This document shows, piece after piece, positions 27,386 to 45,689 of a DNA stretch of 64,000 nt. The notes under the pieces are model-generated. The model was not told the DNA's origin and did no database searches. It was given only the letters and a program-made list of their open reading frames with translations. Origin of the DNA: Ancylonema sp. (Eukaryota); NCBI GenBank assembly GCA_050230475.1, contig JBFLGF010000007.1:1-64000 (forward strand), written 5' to 3'. The position numbers and the translations under genes are program-made. Positions within the stretch are counted from its first letter, which is position 1, and each line of letters starts with the position of its first letter.

Positions 27386-28945
27386 AAGTGTACGACCGTT
27401 TTCCAAACCCCTTTTTTTTTTTGTTTTTTTTTGTTTTTTGTTTTTGTTTTGCGAAGGTTTATATGAAATTATAAATAGGTTTCATATTATTCTTATTTTA
27501 GTTGTTAAACTTTTTTTTTTTTTTTTTTTTTTGGGTCAATTTCCGGCTAATTTTTATTCCAAAGTTCATTTTCCATTTTCTCTACAATGTACGCGAATGT
27601 TTATTTCCCAATTCCCTTTTTTTTTTCCGCAGTCTTCACCACATTTTTTTTTTCAAGATTCATTTGAGTAATTTAACCATCGCGTCATCTTAATCTCAAA
27701 CATGTTATAGCCTTGATTGGGAAAAATTGTTCCGAGATTCCAAAATAGCATCACTTTATTTTCCGTACGATAAAATATCAATAAACTTCAAATTTATTTT
27801 ATTTACATTTCACCAAATGTTACTCTCCCATCTCATCCACCCAATTCGCAAAATCTCAGGGCCACAAATAAAGAAATATATAGGGTGTGATGCGCTCGGC
27901 TCATCAAACTGCGATGTGTAGCCGGAGGGTTGACGTGGTAGACGTTGTATGTACTTGCAATTGACATGTTGGGCTCCCTTCGTAGGCCAGTCGAATCCTC
28001 TTCGTGATCCATGGGAATAATAAGGTGTAGTACCAACTTCGTAGCAATGAAGTTGAAGCGGGTGTTATCGTTAGAAGCTCGGCAAAAAATCATAAGATTG
28101 CCATAAGGCTGAATTAATTGACAAATGCTTTTTGTAGCGGGGTTGGATGATCGAAAGGGTGTATTTTTTGAATGGCGATTTGTGATATGGTGTTTTCACT
28201 GGAGATAGAGTTGTGTCCTTGAGTGGGTATATACAACTTTTCAAGACTATCAAAGCATGCATCCGGTAAGGGATACGTATTGTTTTGTGACGTAGTTGGT
28301 GGTATGTTGGGGAGCGGGAGACGACGCATTTGACATAGAACGATGTTTTGGATCCGGTAGTTGTGTATGTTATGTGGGTAACGTGATCATAATAAGTTTC
28401 AAGTTTTAATTTGATATTAGTAGTCGTAAGACTCTTTGTCATGGATCTTAGACTATCCCGTTATATACTAGTCATTCTTCAAACTTAAGTTTGTTAGATT
28501 TTGTTGTTGCTTCCGAATTAGGCCCTTTTGATGTGGTGGTCGAACTTTTGGGGCTATATACTTTATGTACACCTCCATATCGACACACCCTCCTAAAAAT
28601 TGCCCTCGAATATGACCAAAATTTTAGAAGCTCGTCTTTCTCCCCAAAAACTTGTTCTCCATGTACACCTAAATAGTATGCACCAATATAGTGTGTATAG
28701 AGAACGTCGAATCGATGCCAGTGAGTGTAATGTGTATGTGGGTAATGAGTGGGGCCTTACTTGCGGTGTATGCGTGGTTTGTCAAGTGGATGGGAAGAGT
28801 TACATGTGTGTGCACGTGACACCTTCATATGTCTCCCACATCTTTAGCCCTTCGCTATAATGAGAAAACGAGTGCTTGCGAATAAGTGGTTTACTACAGG
28901 CGATGCCTACATCGCGACCAACACTTACACACCACATTATCGTAT

Positions 28946-30226
28946 TATAGTTGTGCGGACCGGCAAGATTTGCTTTTCGGACCGCGGTCGGACTGGATCC
29001 GGAATAGGGACCCGGTCGGACGGGGACTCTTTTATAATTGTTTTGCCAAGCAATTTTTCCAAAAGATATGGGGCTGGTTATTATTTCCTGTACTTCACAC
29101 GTGTGATATACATGTTCCATTTGTGGCTTGAGAAGTAACAGCAAAATTAAAGATTGAAATAAATCAAAATAGCATGTTTGTATCCAACCTTCCATTGACT
29201 AACATGCTGACTTTCAAATGAACAAAATGGTTGGTATTGTGGCATGAAAAGTCACCATCCGAAAGCATCGAAGGTGATGACAATCTTCATAGTTTCCTAA
29301 CTTGAGTTTCATTGGTAAGTAAAACAACTTCACGTTTTGGTCAAATCAATAAGCCTACGGAATTGCTTTCTTAAATTTGAATACGCTTCACTTTGAGAAT
29401 CCATTTTTTCTCCTATATCGTATTTAGAAAACTCATCACTCATCCAAACCGAAAAATGTGGTATGGGTAGTGATGATTGTTTTTGGGGGAGTGACTAGAG
29501 ATAAGTGGGAAGTGGGGGGAGGGGATTTGTTTAAGGTGGTGTAAACAATGAAGAGTGTGTTATGGGTATATTGAAAAAACAAGAAAACATTTGTGGGTGT
29601 ATAAGTTGAATTGGGTGTTTTGAAGTTATAAAGAATGGTATGGAATGGAGGCAAGGATGGATTTTGATATGGCGAGGAGATTATAGAGAGGGAACTTACC
29701 ATTTTATTTATGTTGATATGGATGTGAGGAGTGATGTGTTTTTATTAGGGTGGAGAGAACAAATAATACGTGGTTATAAGCGTACAAAACAAAACCAGAT
29801 GATAAAATATTGGATATGGGTGTTTTAAATTTTATATAATTTTATGATACTCTTTCCCCTTATCTTAATATTATTTGCCTCACATGTGCATCATTTCACA
29901 ATTAGGTTATAACATATGAAAAATGAAAAAAATAGCGTATCCATAACCAATTGACCTAGAGAATTTCACTCAGTAATATGTGATGAAAAACGTTACATAC
30001 TCTAATGCATTCCCAGTGTTTATTACTTATTTGTTTTGTCATATACTTATTTAACATTTTTATACGATATAAAATATAATTTAATTGGCGAAAAAAATGT
30101 TTCCGAAGTTTTTTTCCCACGAAAAAAAACTCCTTAAAACCCCCACAAATAGATATTACCCTAAACAGCCGGGCCCGGTTGGAACCGGGACATCGAGACC
30201 CCTGTCCGCCGGTCCGTGCATATATG
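28946..30226. mobile_element. Older family B hAT-like MITE, inverted relative to 13777-14819
   Basis: Degenerate TIRs TATAGTTGTGCGGACCGGCA / GCCGGTCCGTGCATATATG; internal similarity to the 13777 copy; TSD eroded. Confidence 0.75.
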
Positions 30227-30451
30227 CATTATGGACAACGGACAACCTACGTATCTCTATCTTCCCTCAGCATATCAAGGTGACACAAAGTAGCCAATTG
30301 CTTAGATGCTACGTTGTACGATGGTTATCTACCTCGTAACAACTCAACTCTGGTTTTTACAAACTCCCTTAGTTGTTTAACGGTTCGAAAACCGGGGAAA
30401 ACTGTTGCTTTCAATTATTTTCTCGTTTTTTTCTCGGCTTGCAATTGCTTT

Positions 30452-30782
<331 letters not shown>

Positions 30783-33504
30783 ATTACCCAGTACCTCGTC
30801 GATGTGAGTGACTTTGGCCCTCACAAAGTCACCCATCACATAATCATCATGCTCCCTCCCCAGGAGTTGATCATATCATGCTCTCACCCCGGAGTTGATT
30901 TAATAAATCGGCGTATCCATCTGTTTATATGCTAGGATTTACGGGCTATACCACCTAATATCCATACCCGTTTTCTTGGCTCTAACCAAGTCCGTTATCT
31001 TTTGTATATTTACTTACATGTTCAGAATGAAGCAAGTTTCTAAGTAGCCACCAGCCTTCGGCTTACTATCATGCTTCGAGGAAATTGACTTCCGACCTTC
31101 CTTTTGATGCTTTGAGTTTTCCCGATTCTTAGTTACCCATTTATCAAAATATATTAGGGAGAAAGGTTGTCTCGGTTTATAGACTTAAAAGTACACGTTG
31201 AGAGTTTCAATTGCAATGGTTAGTGTATTGTCAGTCTTATTGGTATTTTGGTTTGTTTACGTAATGAGGTAAGCTCGAATGTGGTTGTTATCGTATTACG
31301 GTTCCCTTGAGATGAAGTACCTTGGTGTGATTCTCATGTCGTTAGACTTCTCAACCATAAACTTTTTACTAACTAATAGCGGATGTATAACCTTCACATT
31401 TTGTGGTCTTTCACTCTTGATGAGGTGCTCGTGTGTGTGTACGGAAATGCATGATTCGGTTTAATACACCAACGCATCTATGAAGGACATGTCACACATA
31501 AAACATCATGCGTCATTCAATGACTTGCACTTTTAAAGTTGTTCTCAAATATGTTACAAATGTTGTTTAACAAGCATCCATATGGACCGTGTTGGAGCCA
31601 TCGGTTTTTTTTTTTTTTTCTTCGCTTTGGAGATCAATCGAATGATGCTCAAAGAATCGGAGCCCGTTTTTTTTCCCTAGGGAGCCCGTCGAGCCCGTAA
31701 GCCCGTTTTGAGCTTGTCGGGCTCCACGAGCCCGTTGATCTTGACGAGCCCGTCTGGGCTCGTGTGTACGAGCCCGTTTTAGGAGCCCGTCGGGCTCGCG
31801 AGCCCGGATCCGGAGCCCCGGGGTTTTGGAGCGGGCTCCCCGATCCTGTTGGTAACCTGGTTACCAACAGGCTGGTTCAGCCTGGTTGGCTGGAGGTTCG
31901 TTACTGGCGACTTTAGTGCTTGCGAGACGGGGTTATGACTCATAAGCCCGTCGCACGTGACTAGTTCCTAACCTAGGATTTTGGGAAATTTTATTTTGGG
32001 TGCGCGGGTTGGTTCAAGTGGTGGTTTCTTGGCTAAATTAATGCGTTAAAAAAAATCCGGGTCATTATGTATGGCCACTACGGTATTTAAAGAGAGAAAC
32101 CTCAAAAAGTCGACCTTCACATCAAACGATAGGCCTACACTGAACCACCAACAAACTTCAACAAACTATCGTGAAGGAACATGCTAGGTAGTATGGATAT
32201 CACCATGTCCTTGACTACATGTCTCAAAACTAATTATAACCAATCAAAATTACTTATTATGATAGCGGCACCCACATGACATCCACAACTACCAAAATCA
32301 TTGTTGTGTATCAACGCACAGTTCCTAGCCAATATCAACTTACCACAAACTACATCATACTACGTCAAGCTATCATATGAATTTTGGGAACTACTCTATG
32401 AAGGGCTTAACACAACAAAAATTGATGCCCACTGACACACCTTGAAATCGACATATTTTCATTGAAACAAGACACCTTATCGCTCATCAAACCCCACTAC
32501 GATGAGAATCTGTTAGAGCATTCAGCCTTATGGCGACTAAATATTTGAAGCCCAGCTTCAGACGATGAAACTGGCTTCAACTTCATTGTTCAAATGTTAT
32601 TTTCCTGTCTAGCTATTGCCATGGATAACAAGGCTCCCAAAAATTCTCTACGAAGGGAGCCCACCATGTTATCTGCAAGCGAACCATGTTACTGCCATGT
32701 CAAGCCTTCAAGAACATATCAGAAGTCACCCTCGGTTTGTTGAAGAGTGCATCAAACCATAACCCTACCATGAATTTATTTTTGCAAGACACTACCTGTT
32801 GGTGAAATCTTCTCTCACTTAAAATGACGCACTCCTAACAACAAACTTACTTGCCCATTCTTTCTTTTGTAGACCACATTTTGAGTGTGAAAACGCAAAA
32901 TAAAACGTTTTAAAAAAAAAAAAAAAAATAGCGAAGAGTTTTATTTAACAAAGTTTTTCATCTGGAGATTTGAGATTATCCGTACCAAGGATACATATCG
33001 TTCAATTTCGTTTAAATTTCATCGTTCACATTTCATATCGTTTAGTTACTAATTGCAATGAAATTCCTCGTATGCAATCATGCCGGAAATTTGTGGCGTT
33101 GGAAGCTTGTAAAATACACCTAACTTTCAAACTGCGCGACTTTATTTGTGGAAGGATTTGTAGATACCAATGTATATTTTCCTTAGGATCCCTTTTGTAT
33201 GCTCCTCATGCAACAATACTCAGTAAGCTTTGAATTGGTCTCCGTTTACAGTAGTCCGGGACCAATGCCAAATCACAACACATTTGCTTACAAGTGATCC
33301 CGACCTAGCAATTTGTTAAAGCGAACCCACATGTGTATTTTAGTCAATTGTTTCTAATTAACCTTCTCCATAATACCAAATTGGTGGAAACTACTTAAGT
33401 GTCTATATGAGGTACAGTTAGTACGAGGGAAATTGAACATCGAAAGTTTCAGTCATATTCATGGGCCGCTTTTTCGAGGGTACGTTGATCAATGACAAGT
33501 ATTG

Positions 33505-33864
33505 TGTTGGAAGAATATTATTGAATGGTCGGCACCGTGTAGGTATACCACGATGCCTCGTCCAAAACAAGAATCTACAAAAGTGTGCCGACGGTCGTAT
33601 CTGCGGACAGTCGGCCTATCATAATACAACAACAGTCAGATCATGTCAACGGCACATGCCGGACAGTCTGACAAGACATAACGTCTAGATCCGGAACCAT
33701 CTAGACCACACGTGCCACAAACGGACAATCGAAACGTCATATTCGGGTGCCCGGCATAAGTCCGGCCCCTCAATATAAGCACACCCTAGGAATCCTACCG
33801 GTTAAACTAACCGAACTCCGGACTAGCACACTAGCAAGCATGGCTATCCGATATAATTCCTACA
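33505..33864 (-). mobile_element. Probable Copia-type solo LTR (about 360 bp)
   Basis: TG...CA ends. The minus-strand start TGTAGGAATTATATCGGATAG resembles the Copia LTR at 56625 (TGTTAGGAATTGAGTTCGGATAG) and the length is similar. No TSD found. Confidence 0.5.
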
Positions 33865-34389
33865 CGTGACACCCAAGCGTCATTCCGCGCCTTGGTTAGT
33901 AGTTAAAAAACTTTGGGCATATGATGTGAAGCGTGGGAAGAATGTATTCTCATGCATGTCTTGAGGTGATTGGAGCATGTTGTGTATGCGATAGGGTGAT
34001 ATTGTACGATCTCAGTCTATACGTCACCACAGGGGTGCTGGAGGGTAGTAACAGAAAAAACATGCATGCACGGTTGTAGCAAGGGGCCTGACACACATGA
34101 AGTAGCATGCTTTAACGAACGCATTTTTTTTTTAAACTGGTGATGTAAGTGCTGGCCCCCCACTTACACCGACCTTCAACCCCCGGAAAACAGGGAAGAT
34201 CTCACGCAAAATTTTCCGACGCGAAAACGCGAAAACGCGGAAATTAGCGAATCACAACACGACATATTAACGCTGACATGGCATCCAAGCTTTTCGAAAC
34301 ACCAAAATCGTCAAATCCGTCATCAACAGCTAATCAGAGACACACAAAACTGCAGAGGTGGAAAAAATCGTACAGATGTACGGTCCATG

Positions 34390-34732
<343 letters not shown>

Positions 34733-34867
34733 ACAAATGTAAAATAGAATTTGGCGTACATACTTGTTTTCATAGTTTGTTCTTTCTATATCAGCGTATC
34801 ATATGTGAAGGGTTCCTTTTGAATACTTCTCGGTTTATACATTTGATTATTATTTTCCACGTGCTCA

Positions 34868-36617
<1,750 letters not shown>

Positions 36618-37349
36618 CTCATTTTGTAAACCATCCCATACTCATTTAGGATGTGTACTCGTTAATGACGTGTTTGTTAAACAAATACATCATTCTACCA
36701 CACTCGTAAATTTCCGTTTTTGTTTCTTTATCTACACTTGTCCACAGTTTGAAAGAGCGCTCATACGGGGATTCCAAGGGGACATAAACAATGTGTTCAT
36801 ATTGTCATATATGGTGTTTACTCCACCAATAAGAATATATATGCTGTCTATAAGAAGAGGTCAAGAAGACAAGAAGTAGAGAACGAACATCAAATGAGAT
36901 TTAATGAAAAGGCCGGGGAACAGAGAAGGGAAGAATGGATTCGGTGGCAAAGAAGCCTACCCATACACGTACCACGTGTGTCGTATTTAACTTCGATGGT
37001 TCGTTTTTGGTTTGACGTGATTCTTGAAATTTTCGTTATACAGTTCAATTTTGGACCCTACTTTGAATTTACAGTTTTGAAATTTCCGATATTTCTTGCT
37101 ATTGTGCCAACCGCCCAACCGTTTCCCACCCGGGTGGCACCTTCCCAACTGGGTGGCGGTTGGGATGCGGTTGGGAAACAGCCACCCGGTTGGGCCCAAC
37201 CGAAACAGTTAGGTGCGGTTGGGCGCGGATGGTACTTTTCCCTACCGCAGTGAAAAATGCGGAGGTAACAACCCTACTCAATAGGCGCGGGCACCGGCGT
37301 TTAAACCATATTCGGGATTCGAATCGAATCATTCGATGGACACTACGAG

Positions 37350-38692
37350 TAGTGATCGGGGAGCCCGCTTTAAAACCCCGAGGCTCCGGATCCGGGCTCG
37401 GGAGCCCGACGGGCTCCTATTACGGGCTCGTGTTTACGAGCCCAGACGGGCTCGCCGGGCTCCACGGGCTCTCGGAGCCCAGAGAGCTCAAAACGGGCTC
37501 GCGGGCTCGACGGGCTCTCTAGAGAAAAAAACACCGGGCTCCGATTTTTCGGCATCATTTTATTTATTACAGGGGGGAAGGGGCGGGAAAAAAAAGAAAA
37601 AAAAAAAAAAGGAGATGTCCCCAACTCGGTTTGTATGAGTGGGTATATAACAACATATGTTATTTGTTTGAGTAAAAAAAAAATTATGCAAGTCCTTTCA
37701 TGAACGCGCAATGTTTCAAGTGCGACATGTCTTTTGTGGATGCGTTGTTGTATGAAACCACACCATTCATTTACGCATGCACACACGAGCACCTCAACAC
37801 AAGTAAATATACTACATACAAATTGATGGTTTTTACATCCTAAACTAGTTAGTACAGTAGAATGTGTCTTAATTTATAATTTCTTAATTACTAACGTGTC
37901 TTAATTTGTATTCTTTTCTGGTACATTGAAAAGTGTCTTAATTACCTGTCGAGACCGGGAAAAAATATATAATAATACTTTTTTTTTTAATCAATACGTC
38001 AGATTTTGGGTGTTAACCCGAAATATGGCGGAATATTTTATATTGGATATGACAGGTTATCAAATAGCACAATATGAATTAAAATATTGATTCAGATAAT
38101 AAAGACAAACAAGAACCAATTAATTTCACTTTATCGCCAATGTATTAATCAACAATTTACGGACTCCGTACGTATCCTCACACAATATTAGGGGTTGAAA
38201 ATGTAGTGATGAGGGGGGGATTATAAATGTGGGGGAAGGAGGGGGGGGGGGGAACCCGGAAAAAGCAGTATGCATACAACCACATTCGAGCTTAACACAT
38301 TACCTAAACAAACTGACTTCCCAAAAAGACTTACATTACACTAATTATTGTATTTTTGCAACTCCGAATGTGTTCTTCCAAGTCTATAAATCGAGACAAC
38401 ATTTCTCCCTTAATTATTTTGATAAAAAGGTAAATCATGACTTGGAACATGCATCAAAAGGGAGGGGTCCGAAACTTGACATGAAAATATCATTGAGAGG
38501 CCACTTCTCAACTACGGTCTATGGACTCCAATGGAATTTGTTGGTTTTTTTGGGGTAAAAATAAAATACCGGACGTTTGATCACGGAGGAACCCGGATCC
38601 CGTTGAGCCCGAAAATCGCGAGCCCGTCGGTCTCCGAGCCCGTCGGCGAACAAAATCAAGAGCTCACGGGCTCGCGGGTTCCCCGATCACTA
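37350..38692. mobile_element. hAT-like non-autonomous element with GAGCCCG subterminal repeats; inverted end fragment at about 31655-31846
   Basis: TIR TAGTGATCGGGGA / TCCCCGATCACTA; flanks ACTACGAG and CCTCCGAG (6/8). Confidence 0.8.
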
Positions 38693-40641
38693 CCTCCGAG
38701 CATCCGCTACGGCCTCGCAAATCTATGAGCATAATTTGGAGATATCCTTGGTGATAATAAATTTATCATTCGGCAAAATCACACATGCTTCATTTCATCC
38801 ATTGGCAAACATTACGGCCTTAGCATACTGTGAGTAAAACATCTGCCACGTAGGCGAATGTTTTGTTTATTATTGGTCTTGATGATGGTTTTAAGTCTTC
38901 TGCCACGTAGACAAACGGTACGAGGATGTGATTGGTCCAGAGGTTATGCTCAACCCGATTTTACGTAAAGTCCGGAGCACATTTCGGGATAATTTGCGAC
39001 AAAAGATGCGTAAATCATATGGCAGAAAGGCCTGAGCATATTTTATTGGGTTTCCTTACAGCATGCAGTCGTACAATGAACTACCGGCTGGTAACTTGGC
39101 CGATCGAAACTTGCCGTAAAAAATAATCGGATAACGATATTACTTAGTTCTTTACTTGGGTCTCCCCAAGTTATTGTGTCGCTCAGACGAAATCGTTATT
39201 TTTTACGGTTTTGCCGTACTTTTTTGGCCACATGTCTGTCATGGCGGTTTCTGGTTGGCAGTTTTTTTTTTTTTTTTGCTATGATGACGTGGCATTGATG
39301 ACGTGTCGGTCTGTGATTGGGTCCTTTTTCGTTTTTTTCCCGGAATATAACGCGAGAGTTAGCGGCTTGTAAGCGGGGGGCCACCACTCACGCCACTTCT
39401 AAGAAAAAAGTACGCATTCAATTACTACAGGCGATTTCATTTGTGTTAGGCCCTCTACTACAACCCTCCATTCGTATTGCTTTTCCCTGGTCTCCCACAT
39501 CCTTGTAGGACGTGCGGTTCTGTGCAGCAACAACTCTGGTGTTCACGACTACCAATGAGCACTCAAGTTGTTGCGTCACATAAGTACAAATTCTTAGGGG
39601 GAGTATGTGGGGGGCCACCACGTACTCCATTTCACTTTAAATTTGGTGTTCAATTTCAACATGCGATTTCATGTGTGTCTGGTTCAATTACTCCATGTGA
39701 CTTCACGTGTGTTTGGCCCTCTACTACAACCCTATATTCCTATTTCTTTTACCATCCCTCATCCTTGAAGGACGTGCGTTCTCTGAATCAATGGTATTAT
39801 GTGGTTGGTGACTTGGTTGAGGCCAAACACACATTATCAATCTTTTGTGGCTGATCCGGAAGATAGTAAGACATAAACTTCACAAAATTCTGTAGGACTA
39901 AGTCAATTCCTAGTGAAAAGGATGATGTTTGGAATGAGGGTGACTTTGGGAGAGCCAAAGTCACACACATCGGAGAGGTCTGGAGTAGCCAGTTGTGACA
40001 CCTCTTTTCGCGAGTGCACAAATTGTACGAAACAATGGGATTATGGGGTTGGTGACTTGGTGGGGACCAAACCGTTATGGATGTAGGGTTGCATAGCCCG
40101 TAAGATGATAAAAGGATGAAAAACATAAGTGCTGATGGGATGAGTCAACCCCTAGAGGGGGAAGATGATGTGTAAGTCAAGAGTGGCCTTAGATATCAAA
40201 CTTATGATACTGATCGTTGGCAAAGTATTTCCGTACCAACTACGACATGATCAAATTTTCTGTTGCGATGAAAACATGAATTTCATACAGTTTTGCAAAA
40301 TTCCCGTAATGTTCGGAGCCATTTATGGTACATACACACACACACACACACACATGGTAGAGCATGTAGTTGGTCTTGCTCAAAACAAGGAAATCTCTGA
40401 ACAAATCAAGCGGATCAACGGATCATCCGGATCAAGAATGATCCGGATCCGATCCGGATCTGAGATTGGGGGATCACCAAACAACTATGTACAGCCCCGG
40501 CACCTATCAGCATTGTCCATTACTATGTTTAGACGACACTGTCGGAAAACCGTAGTACATGAAATATACATGAGGAGATGGTTGGGACTCCGATTTAAAA
40601 GAAAACTCTTCATGCCTTGACCTCAGCCTGGTAGCATCTTC

Positions 40642-42145
40642 CTAGTTGCGTTTGTTCCCATAGCCTGCGTAGGTATCCCAGGCAGCTGTGCCAATCCGTG
40701 CGATGACAGCTTCAGCCAGTGGTTCGTGATGGCGTGCACAGTCCTTGATGAAAACCGCAATCGCCACCCGGTTACCCGCACCCCCCACCTCCACCAGCCC
40801 TGCGGCGTTGACCACCCCCAGAATGGTCCCACTCTTGTGACAAACGCGGGTCCCACAAGGGAGGAGTCGGGGGATACGCTGTAGCCCCAGCTTCTGCCGA
40901 CCAAGGACATCCAGGCAGTAGGTAGTCCAGGGAGGAGAAAGCAAGTGGCCCTGGGCCAGGGCTGCCAGGTGGCTTGCCATCTCTGACGGCGGGCCCACAT
41001 TGTCGCACGCGGCAGCCACTGGAGGAAGTAGGGATCCAGTCAGGCTTCAGGGGTCCAGTGAGGGGGATGGGGGGAGGGCATACGTACCTGCTATGTCCTG
41101 TCGGTACACCCGCTCCCCTCCCCCCTGCCCCCAAGCATCAAGGAGTGTGGTGTGATCAGCGCCCAGTGCCAGGTGGGAAACAAGCAGTGGGATTCGTGTG
41201 GTTCACCTCAACCTCTCTCCAAGACTCCATTTCGAGTCTGTGCAAGTCCTGCCACCGGAGCCCCTTGCTGCTCTCCTCCGCCTCCTGTGCGACACGCATA
41301 CGGGTGGCAATGCCCCACTGATGCCACCTGGACCGAATCCATGGCAGCTGGTGAGAAGCAGGAAGCAAGAGATAGCATGTTGGCGCTCTCTCTTTGTCTC
41401 TTTCTCTTCACCTGTCCACAATTTGGAGACGTGTGCAGCCATGGAGGGGGGGTGCTTGACCTAGAGCCACCAGAAACGCCTGGAGAGCAGGACTAGGTGT
41501 CAGACCCTCGTGAGAGCACCTTAACCGCAGTGGCCTCAAGAGGGTTCCACCTGGCGCTGGGACAAGTACAGTTGTGTGCGCCTCATGCCCCACTCTGCCA
41601 CGCGGCGCTGCAGCCTGGGCAGACGCACTCGGGCAAGCACCAAATCAGCGGCTGTGTTGTCCGAGCGCGTGATCATGAGTTCCAGACACTCGCCGAAAGA
41701 AACGGAGCCTCCACTGTCTCGCTTGCACAGGATGCCGCTGCCGATGCAGTGCCGATCCTCAGAAAGGACTAGGGGAGAAGCAAGGCTCAGCCCGCCGTCC
41801 TTTGCCTGCTGCAGATCGAGGGCTGCTTGGACCAGGAGAGGGATCTTCACACAGCTGGCGAGAGGAAATATGATATTGGCGTTTCTACCGCACCGTTCGC
41901 CAGAGGGGAGGTGGAGGATTTGCACACCCACACACATGAGCCTGCGAGGGAATTGCAAGCGGAGCTTGAGAATTGTGGAGGCTCTTTCTTTATACGACCA
42001 TGTCATTGTAGTGCCACTGGACAACTTCAGTTGAGAAGAAGCAGATCACCACTGTGTCGGATTCAGGCGGATGAGGCGAAAGAGAGATCCACCTTTTCGA
42101 TGACAGATTTGCATACGGATATGAATCTAGTAGGAAACTCGTCAT
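40642..42145 (-). CDS. Intron-containing class A serine beta-lactamase / low-molecular-mass PBP-like protein (Beta-lactamase2-like); start codon uncertain
   Basis: FPLASCVK (SxxK, 41845-41856), GSGIL, LMITRSDNTAAD (SDN, 41656-41664), DNVGPPSEMA..L..L..G.LLS, RIPRLLP....CHKSGT (KSG, 40828-40836). GT-AG introns, for example 41480-41550. Confidence 0.88.
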
Positions 42146-43671
42146 CCTGACATCATCCGCCCAAGGCACCAAGGATGGAAGTGGGGGTGAGACTTATAAT
42201 ATGATCCCGAAGGGACAGAAGAAACTAGCTGTCCCTTGGGCTAATATCCCAGTTCTACAAGAAGAGCAAGTCATAAAAACAATAAATCAGCATATGTGCC
42301 GTCGTTGTTTTCCTGGATGAATCACTTCCAATGCCAACACTCCCGTACTTCCCACGTCCGCCATCCTCGCCAGTTTGGTGAAGCAATGAGTGCATCTAGC
42401 GCCGTGTGCGACAGGTATACGTGGAGCCTGTTCCGGATATGAATGCTGGCATATTTCACACAAACTTGCTAGATACGGTATATTATTTGATATGATCGCC
42501 ACTTTGTCTCATACATCAGGTACGGATTTCGCTTCTAAGTAATAGATAAAAATATATAAATACATGAAATATAAACCACATAACGAATGCAGCTTTTACG
42601 AAGGTGAGAGTTATGGCAAAGGTCCAAAGCCGTTATGCATATTTACAGTTTTTTTTATTCTTGCAATTAAAAAAATGGGGAAATAAGAGGTGTGCAGAAG
42701 GAAATGTCTTCTGAGTATCTCAGTTCAGATATCATCCTCACTTCTTTTGCGCTCGTATGATTCGTCGAATGGAACGCTGCAGACGGCGGATTCGGTCGCG
42801 AGGGATCCTAGCTTCTATGTGCCGGTTTGAGAACCTATCCGAGTGACAAGATTTGTATTGAGAAGTCTGGCAGGGCGATGATACCCTCTCCCCACTTGCG
42901 AGTTCATTTGGTCGGCCACCCTGACTTCGCCTGTTGCGAGACCAGAGACCCCAAATAGATTTGAAGGAGTACAAATCGAAACGCATAACTGACAGGAAAC
43001 AATGCTAGATAAAGACCTCAGAATCCGGCTACACATTTTCGTATTGCAATCTATTCTCCTTGTACCCTACCTGCCGATATAAATAATGACAGGGGTGAGG
43101 CGCGTTCGTTAATTTCCGTGAATTAACGAAGAGGTGTAAAGTCGATGGTAGGAAGAGTAAAGTTGATGGTATACGTGTTTTTTGTTGTTGTTTCAACACG
43201 TACACACGTACAGTCCAATCAATTCTCACATTCGGTCTAAGCAATTTTCCCGAGAACGTGTCTGCCCTATCGTTTTTCGAAAGTCATTTGTTGTCCGGAT
43301 ATGGTCAGCCAAACGCGAGGCGCAGACAGCTATCGTCTGACATTTCGTCAGAAGGCTACGGAAGATATGGAAGGGCGGGCATTTGAGGGGGTGTTTAGCT
43401 GGTTGTTGTTTTTCTTCAAGGCACCCACGCCTATGCTTTGGGCTCCGGACTGCGCAGCTCATTGCCCGGAGCCCAGAGCAGGCAGCCCAAAATGAGCCCG
43501 AAGCCTGGATCGGAGCCCGTAGCCCGGAGTCCGACTTGGAGCCTAGAGTCCGCAGCCCAAAAAATGTGGTCGGAGCCCGGAAAATGAGCTCGAAGGCCAA
43601 GTGAGCCCGAAGCCCCAAAAAAAAAGATTATTTTCCTTGGAGAAAAGAAAATGAAAATGACCAGCTGACAC

Positions 43672-45689
<2,018 letters not shown>

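Noticed and set aside
40642..42145. Bacterial contamination or an acquired resistance gene
   Set aside because: It has spliceosomal introns and is contiguous with eukaryotic repeats.
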